Virus record (IMG/VR): IMGVR_UViG_2724679140_000013
Direction: 5' to 3' (one strand)
Length of the DNA stretch: 37,432 nucleotides
From: a virus
Taxonomy: Duplodnaviria > Heunggongvirae > Uroviricota > Caudoviricetes
A program made the translations under genes and the position numbers. How positions within the stretch are numbered: the stretch's first letter is position 1; every line of letters starts with the position of its first letter. The notes below the pieces were generated by a model, which made no database searches, had not been told where the DNA came from, and saw only the letters and a list, made by a program, of their open reading frames with translations. This document shows, in pieces, positions 34,554 to 37,432 of this stretch.

Positions 34554-34827
34554 TCAAATTAGATGATTTTATAGCACACATTTTATGAAATATTTAAAAT
34601 CTATAAACTTATAAGAACATTTTTTATCAAAACACATACATAATGAACAATCTCTTTTATCATAATTAGTAAATTATCACTTGATAATAAATGACATACT
34701 AAATATGCATCAGGGTTAATTTTTATTAATAGATAAACGTCCATGCCTCAATCTGACCTGATTGTTGATTGGCATATTCACTAGTACAATTTAAAATCAC
34801 GATAGCAGCACATTAAGGGAGGTCGCT

Positions 34828-35088
34828 ATGTTTCGTTGTCCGCTTTGTGGCGCATCTGCCCGTATCCGCACCAGTCGTCCGGAAAATGATTCAAACACCG
34901 TGCGGCAAAAGTATTACCAGTGTAACAACCTGGAATGCGGCGTATGCTTCTCAACACTGGAAGCTTTCCATAAATTCACATCAAAACACGCCTCCGGCGT
35001 TCACTCTTCAGAAGGTATCCCGTGGCATGAGCTGCCAGCTTCACACAGGGGAAACAATCAGATGAGTTTGCCTTTACCTCAGAATTAA
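34828..35088 (+). CDS. ogr: Ogr/Delta-type zinc-finger late transcription activator
   Basis: 86 aa; MFRCPLCGASARIRTSR ... YYQCNNLECGVCF (CxxC...CxxC) closely resembles P2 Ogr; AAGGGAGG SD. Confidence 0.85.
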   Translation: MFRCPLCGASARIRTSRPENDSNTVRQKYYQCNNLECGVCFSTLEAFHKFTSKHASGVHSSEGIPWHELPASHRGNNQMSLPLPQN

Positions 35089-35277
35089 CAGGCAGAATTG
35101 CCGGAGTAACAAAAAAGCGATAGATTACGTGCGGGTGCCTTTCGGCTGATGGTCGGAGGGAATACCCGAAGGCCGGATGTGGAAAGGCCCCGGAAAACAT
35201 TTCTGTTTAACCGAGGCCCTAACCCGTCAACCTAGCAAGTGATAGGTTAGCGCCTCTCCAACAAAGGAGCAAGCGCT

Positions 35278-35418
35278 ATGTCGCAAAAATCGCTTACGGC
35301 CATCACGTTCTGCGTGACGGTAATCCTCATCATCTGGATGCTGCACGGTTCGCTGTGTGAAATACGGATGAGCTTCTGGGGAGCGGAGTTTGCGGCGTTC
35401 TTACAGTGTAAGCAGTAA
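35278..35418 (+). CDS. Hok/Gef-family type I toxin-like small membrane protein
   Basis: 46 aa (below ORF-track cutoff): MSQKSLTAITFCVTVILIIWMLHGSLCEIRMSFWGAEFAAFLQCKQ; N-terminal TM helix and SLCEIR...E.AAF signature of Hok family; AAGGAG SD 9 nt upstream. Confidence 0.6.
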   Translation: MSQKSLTAITFCVTVILIIWMLHGSLCEIRMSFWGAEFAAFLQCKQ

Positions 35419-35607
35419 GGAAACCGCGACGGGGAGGCAACTCCCCGTCAATCGGTTGCCAGGGTAAGGCCGATAAGGCACCCTATCTCATAGGCATGAA
35501 TAACAACCCCACAGCGTAAAAACTGCGGGATTTCTTTTTGGGACTCTCACTAGCTAGTGAGCTGTTAACTGCACATAATGCTCGCACAACAAATCATTTA
35601 AAAGAGA

Positions 35608-35889
35608 TTACTCAGCATTCTCCTGCTTCCATTGCCGGATCATTTCATCGGTAACATCACTTTCATAACATACCACGTCATACCCTCCAGTACGGCTATA
35701 TGCACTGCGTCCACCACATCTACTACCATTCCTTGCATGATTATACGGACACGCACAATTGCCTGGATAAGATTCAATGGATTCTTTAATTATTTCTTTC
35801 TTGATCTGAGCGTCTGACTTTCCTGTTGCTGCATACCCACTAAAAGATACCAAACACAGGCAGATTGCCATTAATAAACCACATCGCAT
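35608..35889 (-). CDS. hypothetical small secreted cysteine-containing protein
   Basis: 93 aa from ATG at 35889: signal-peptide-like MRCGLLMAICLCLVSFSGYAATG then six-Cys mature region; upstream in-frame extension in ORF track unlikely. Confidence 0.5.
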   Translation of the reverse strand: MRCGLLMAICLCLVSFSGYAATGKSDAQIKKEIIKESIESYPGNCACPYNHARNGSRCGGRSAYSRTGGYDVVCYESDVTDEMIRQWKQENAE

Positions 35890-36139
35890 ACCGATACACT
35901 CTATTACTAACCAATCATAGCCCACATCATAAAATCGAGATGAGGAGTACAGCACCTTTAACAAGAAGGTGCCATCACGATAATATGCCGTGCAATTCAT
36001 CAAAAAAAAGATCTATATCAAAGAGATAGAGTTATTATCAGTGCTGCAGACATCAGCATTCGAGGCAGCAGAAAGACAGTAAATCTAACGAATTTGTCTT
36101 TTTCTCAGGATGTTCTCAGATTAAAAAAGATAGAGTAGC

Positions 36140-36260
36140 GTAGACACCTTTTGGTGGATGGTAGGAGGAAAAATGAAGTTGAGTGGGAAGATCCCAGAAA
36201 AAACTTTGGTTTAACCAAGGCCCTAGTTCAATATGCGAAATGCAGATGAGTTGCAGGAGA
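36140..36260 (+). other. second, degenerate copy of the hok-type 5' leader (no intact toxin ORF seen)
   Basis: about 70% identity by eye to 35130-35240 (shared gatggtNggagg and gaaaaacNtttNgtttaaccNaggccctag blocks) but no downstream SLCEIR-type ORF. Confidence 0.35.
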
Positions 36261-36360
36261 GTTTTGCTTCACCCTTAGAGTTTAAACAGACGTGTACTAT
36301 CATTATTTCTGCATATCGCCACACCATCGCCACTTTACCGCCATTTAACAAAATACAAAT

Positions 36361-36390
36361 ACAAAAAAACCACCCGAAGGTGGTTTCACG
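36361..36390 (-). terminator. intrinsic terminator of glyW-cysT-leuZ operon
   Basis: on minus strand hairpin aaaccacc-ttcg-ggtggttt followed by T7; 40 nt downstream of leuZ 3' end. Confidence 0.6.
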
Positions 36391-36429
36391 ACACTGCTTA
36401 TTGCTTTGATTTTATTCTTATCTTTCCCA

Positions 36430-36516
36430 TGGTACCCGGAGCGGGACTTGAACCCGCACAGCGCGAACGCCGAGGGATTTTAAATCCCTTGTGTCTACCG
36501 ATTCCACCATCCGGGC
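36430..36516 (-). tRNA. leuZ: tRNA-Leu (anticodon UAA)
   Basis: 87 nt; reverse complement reads GCCCGGATGGTGGAATCGGTAGACACAAGGGATTTAAAATCCC...GGGTACCA with anticodon loop TTTAAAA. Confidence 0.95.
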
Positions 36517-36528
36517 TCGGGAAGAAAG

Positions 36529-36602
36529 TGGAGGCGCGTTCCGGAGTCGAACCGGACTAGACGGATTTGCAATCCGCTACATAACCGCTTTGTTAACGCG
36601 CC
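36529..36602 (-). tRNA. cysT: tRNA-Cys (anticodon GCA)
   Basis: 74 nt; reverse complement GGCGCGTTAACAAAGCGGTTATGTAGCGGATTGCAAATCCGTC...CTCCA. Confidence 0.95.
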
Positions 36603-36656
36603 AAATTCTTCAGGCCTTTCAGCCAGACATCCGCTTGACGCCGATGTCTTTTAAAC

Positions 36657-36732
<76 letters not shown>

Positions 36733-36883
36733 ATTCATCAAGCAATCAGTTAATCACTTGATTTTATTATCGTCTGGCAATCAGTGCCGCCGTTCGATGC
36801 GTTGCATTCTACTTACCTGGCGCGATGAGTCAACGATATTTTTCACCACTTTTGATCGTTTGCTGAAAATTACGCCGAAACGA

Positions 36884-37432
36884 TCACTGATCAAGCAAAT
36901 CTGCACGCGCAGCGCTCAAATATTGCAACATTGACCACAGAGTCAGTACCGCAGCCACAAAGAAAAGTGCAATACCGGCGTACTCAACCCAAATGTTCGG
37001 ACGCCACAGCAGCCATGCCAACGCCACCATCTGGGCAGTGGTTTTCACTTTCCCAATCCAGGAGACGGCCACGCTACTGCGTTTACCCAACTCCGCCATC
37101 CATTCGCGTAGCGCAGAAATAATAATTTCACGGGCGATCATCGTTGCCGCCGGTAATGTCACCCACCAGCTGTGATAATGCTCGGTTACCAGCACCATGG
37201 CGATAGCCACGAGAACTTTATCTGCCACAGGGTCAAGGAAAGCACCAAACCGGGTACTCTGGTTCCAGCGGCGTGCCAGAAAACCATCGAACCAGTCAGT
37301 CACCGCCGCGACGCAGAAAATGAGCGCGGCGGCAAACGGCGACCAGGTGACAGGCAGATAAAAGACCAATACAAAGAATGGGATAAGGATGACACGGAAC
37401 AGTGTAAGCAACGTAGGGATATTAAATTGCAT
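36884..37432 (-). CDS. pgsA: CDP-diacylglycerol--glycerol-3-phosphate 3-phosphatidyltransferase
   Basis: 182 aa complete ORF starting at last codon of window; CDP-alcohol phosphotransferase motif DWFDGFLAR...[10 protein letters not shown]; 151-bp spacing to glyW matches my recollection of E. coli K-12. Confidence 0.95.

Larger units (their letters stand above)
1..36360. mobile_element. P2/186-like prophage (int through ogr plus right-end cargo); left att outside window, right boundary approximate
   Basis: Near-complete syntenic set of P2-family genes (int, C, A, Q, P, O, N, M, L, X, lysis, R, S, V, W, J, I, H, G, FI, FII, E/E', T, U, D, ogr) recognised from translations; host tRNA operon and pgsA follow at 36.4-37.4 kb. 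Confidence 0.85.

Noticed and set aside
35149-35235. Upstream small ORF as a classical mok reading frame for the Hok-like gene
   Set aside because: It ends 43 nt before the toxin start instead of overlapping it as mok does in R1; may still be a leader element but not a canonical mok.
36430-36516. Apparent extra nucleotide (8-nt anticodon loop) in tRNA-Leu
   Set aside because: Was a miscount across a line break; recounting gives a canonical 87-nt gene with 7-nt loop TTTAAAA, and spacers of 12, 54 and 151 bp to cysT, glyW and pgsA match my recollection of E. coli K-12.

Overview
This window is almost entirely one P2/186-like (Peduovirinae-type) myovirus prophage, running from the integrase stop at position 1 to roughly 36.3 kb, followed by E. 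coli-type host backbone: the glyW-cysT-leuZ tRNA operon and its terminator, then pgsA (minus strand). The prophage order is: int, two low-GC cargo genes and the C-type repressor (all minus strand, one lysogeny operon); an early rightward operon of small genes ending in replication initiator A; an accessory region (ParM/ParR partition locus, Gp49/HigB-like toxin plus HTH antitoxin, a GC-rich noncoding stretch, one unknown gene); portal Q and terminase P (minus); O-N-M-L-X capsid genes; lysis cassette; R-S-V-W-J-I-H-G tail/baseplate/fibre genes (plus); the FI-FII-E/E'-T-U block on the minus strand (inverted relative to canonical P2); D; an AT-rich alpha/beta hydrolase; ogr; and a Hok-like toxin locus. 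All calls rest on reading the ORF translations and motifs against remembered family features; no database search was run. The most notable items are the R1-type ParMR locus inside an integrated P2-like prophage, the repressor-linked membrane/secreted cargo pair sharing a peptide motif with the repressor, an SPFH lipoprotein in the early operon, the inverted tail block, and the Hok-like toxin. The left attachment site lies outside the window and the right one could not be pinned down.
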